Shown: in pieces, positions 62,452-64,000 of the stretch
How the letters are laid out: every line of letters begins with the position of its first letter
Position numbering within the stretch: position 1 is the stretch's first letter
NCBI GenBank assembly: GCA_965214495.1
Contig: OZ243958.1
Location: 157,819-221,818 of the forward strand
Source: Alphaproteobacteria bacterium
Lineage (GTDB): Bacteria > Pseudomonadota > Alphaproteobacteria > UBA7887
Length of the DNA: 64,000 bases
Reading direction: 5' to 3'
The notes under the pieces: generated by a model
Seen by the model: only the letters and a program-made list of their open reading frames with translations
Databases searched by the model: none
Told to the model about the DNA's origin: nothing
Program-made: the position numbers and the translations under genes

Positions 62452-63450
62452 ATGCCGCCACGCCAACGCCTCGCGGTCACGCTGCCCGCCGGCCCGGTTC
62501 TCGCCGACAGTATCGACCGGGTGCGCTGGGCGGCCGACAACGGCTATGACGACGCCTGGTTCGGCGACGGCGGCGCGCCCGATTCGCTGACCGCCGCAGC
62601 GGCCGTCGCCGGGCGCGCCGGCGGCCTGCGTATCGGCTGCGCGGTGACGCCGGTGTTCACACGCACACCGGCGGTGCTCGCAGCGACGGCGAACACGCTG
62701 GGGCAACTCCTGCCCGGTCGTTTCGTCATGGGCCTCGGGTCGTCCAGCCACACGATGATGGACGGTTGGCACGGCGTGCCGTTCGAGAAGCCTCTGACCC
62801 GAGTCAGGGAGACGGCGGTCATGGTGCGGTCGATGCTGGCGGGCGAGAGATCGAACTTCCGGCTCGAGACCCTGCGCAGCCGCGGCTACCGTCAGGCGCC
62901 GCTGGAGCGACCGGTGCCGCTTTATCTCGCCGCGCTGCGCCCGGCGATGTGCGAGATGGCGGCGGAAGTCGGCGACGGGGTGATCTTCAACCTGTGGCCG
63001 AAACGCGCGCTGCCGAGAATGATCGAGCACGTTCGCATCGGCGCCGCGCGCGGCGGAAAGGACCCGGCCGAGGTCGAGATCGTCAACCGCTACATGGTTC
63101 TGGTGACCGACGACAAGGCGGCCGCGCTCGCGCGGTTCAAGCGGGCGATGGCGCCCTACTACGCGACGCCGGTCTATAACCGCTTTCTTGCCTGGGCGGG
63201 CTACGAAGACGTCGCCGCGACGATCGCCGAAGGCTGGGCGGCGAAAGACCGCGCCAGGACCACCGGCGCGATCTCGGATGCGCTCGCAGACGAGATCGCG
63301 GTGGTGGGCACGGCGGACGAATGCCGGGCGCGTATCCGCGAGGCCGCCAGGACCGGCATCCACACCCACATCGTCGCCCCTCTCGGCGACGATCCGGCCG
63401 ACGTGGCGCGCACCTTCGAAGCGTTTACGCCGGAGAACTACCCACGCTGA
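62452..63450 (+). CDS. LLM-class (luciferase-like) flavin/F420-dependent oxidoreductase
   Basis: TIM-barrel LLM pattern: A...GYD..W.G.......L......A.....LR.G..V.P...R.P...A..A..L..L..GRF..GLG.S and L...P.....AAE.GDG. 332 aa. Confidence 0.7.
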   Translation: MPPRQRLAVTLPAGPVLADSIDRVRWAADNGYDDAWFGDGGAPDSLTAAAAVAGRAGGLRIGCAVTPVFTRTPAVLAATANTLGQLLPGRFVMGLGSSSHTMMDGWHGVPFEKPLTRVRETAVMVRSMLAGERSNFRLETLRSRGYRQAPLERPVPLYLAALRPAMCEMAAEVGDGVIFNLWPKRALPRMIEHVRIGAARGGKDPAEVEIVNRYMVLVTDDKAAALARFKRAMAPYYATPVYNRFLAWAGYEDVAATIAEGWAAKDRARTTGAISDALADEIAVVGTADECRARIREAARTGIHTHIVAPLGDDPADVARTFEAFTPENYPR

Positions 63451-63480
63451 ACGGTTTCGCTGCGGGGCCGAAACCGGCGC

Positions 63481-64000
63481 TCACCGCTTCGGTTTGAACG
63501 TATGTTCGGGGCCGGGGAACGCGCCGGTGCGGACGTCTTCGGCGTAGCGGCGGCCGGCCTCCGCCAGGCCGGCGCCGAGGTCGGCGTAACGTTTGACGAA
63601 TCTCGGCGTGAAGTCGGCGAACATGCCGATGACGTCGTCGATGACGAGGATCTGGCCGTCCACCGCCTTGCCCGCGCCGATGCCGACGGTCGGGACGGGC
63701 ACGCTCCCGGTCACCCGACGCGCGGCATTCTCGGGCACCGCCTCGACCACCATCGAGAAGGCGCCGGCATCGGCCACGGCCTCCGCGTCGGCGATCAGCG
63801 CTTCGGTCTCCTCCTCGGTGCGCCCCTGCGGCCGGAAGCCGCCGAAGCGATGGACATGTTGCGGCGTGAGGCCGACATGGCCCATGACCGGGACGCCGCG
63901 CTCGACAAGGAAATGCACCGTCTCGGCCATCTCGCGCCCGCCTTCGAGCTTGACCGCGGAACAGCCGGTCTGCGCCATCACCCGCGCCGCGGCGCGGAAC
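63481..64000 (-). CDS. panB: 3-methyl-2-oxobutanoate hydroxymethyltransferase (partial; N-terminus beyond window end)
   Basis: GC.AVKLEGG, GVPVMGH.GLTPQ, GGF..QGR, AGAF..V.E.VP, VP.PT.GIGAG...DGQ.LV..D..G and FVK.YA are present. Confidence 0.9.
   Translation of the reverse strand, partial: FRAAARVMAQTGCSAVKLEGGREMAETVHFLVERGVPVMGHVGLTPQHVHRFGGFRPQGRTEEETEALIADAEAVADAGAFSMVVEAVPENAARRVTGSVPVPTVGIGAGKAVDGQILVIDDVIGMFADFTPRFVKRYADLGAGLAEAGRRYAEDVRTGAFPGPEHTFKPKR

Overview
High-GC chromosomal segment. Gene order looks alphaproteobacterial (ybjN-proC-bolA, lgt/pgeF, tolC-DUF2497-valS, pcm, etfBA-hbd, pyrD, panB), but this is inferred from synteny, not from any search. I call about 55 protein genes, one tRNA-Arg(CCG), two ISAs1-family transposase remnants, one nonsense-disrupted sugar-nucleotide gene and several repeat families. 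Most of the window is housekeeping or catabolic: valine catabolism, beta-oxidation, a urea/amide-type ABC importer, Mla lipid transport, a PQQ alcohol dehydrogenase with its cytochrome c, and a complete F420 biosynthesis cluster. Six accessory patches stand out. (1) Bases 147-8575: a 2143-aa Calx-beta/cadherin-like autotransporter with near-identical 381-bp internal repeats and a C14 tract just 5' of the gene, bracketed by inverted ISAs1 remnants and followed by a tandem palindromic ~185-bp element. (2) A third copy of that element next to the tRNA. (3) A lower-GC islet 3' of valS carrying two 37-nt direct repeats. (4) A lower-GC, divergent UNG-fold gene (GESPYP instead of GQDPYH) wedged between valS and the DUF2497/PopZ-like gene. 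(5) A UDP-glucuronate decarboxylase-like gene with an in-frame TGA. (6) A ~3.9-kb patch (subtilisin-type lipoprotein autotransporter, a small lipoprotein and an undecodable stretch) flanked by ~150-bp direct repeats that duplicate the 3' end of a small membrane-protein gene. I saw no cas genes, no canonical defence operon and no intact mobile element. All functional calls rest on motif recognition by eye, and starts are approximate where stated.
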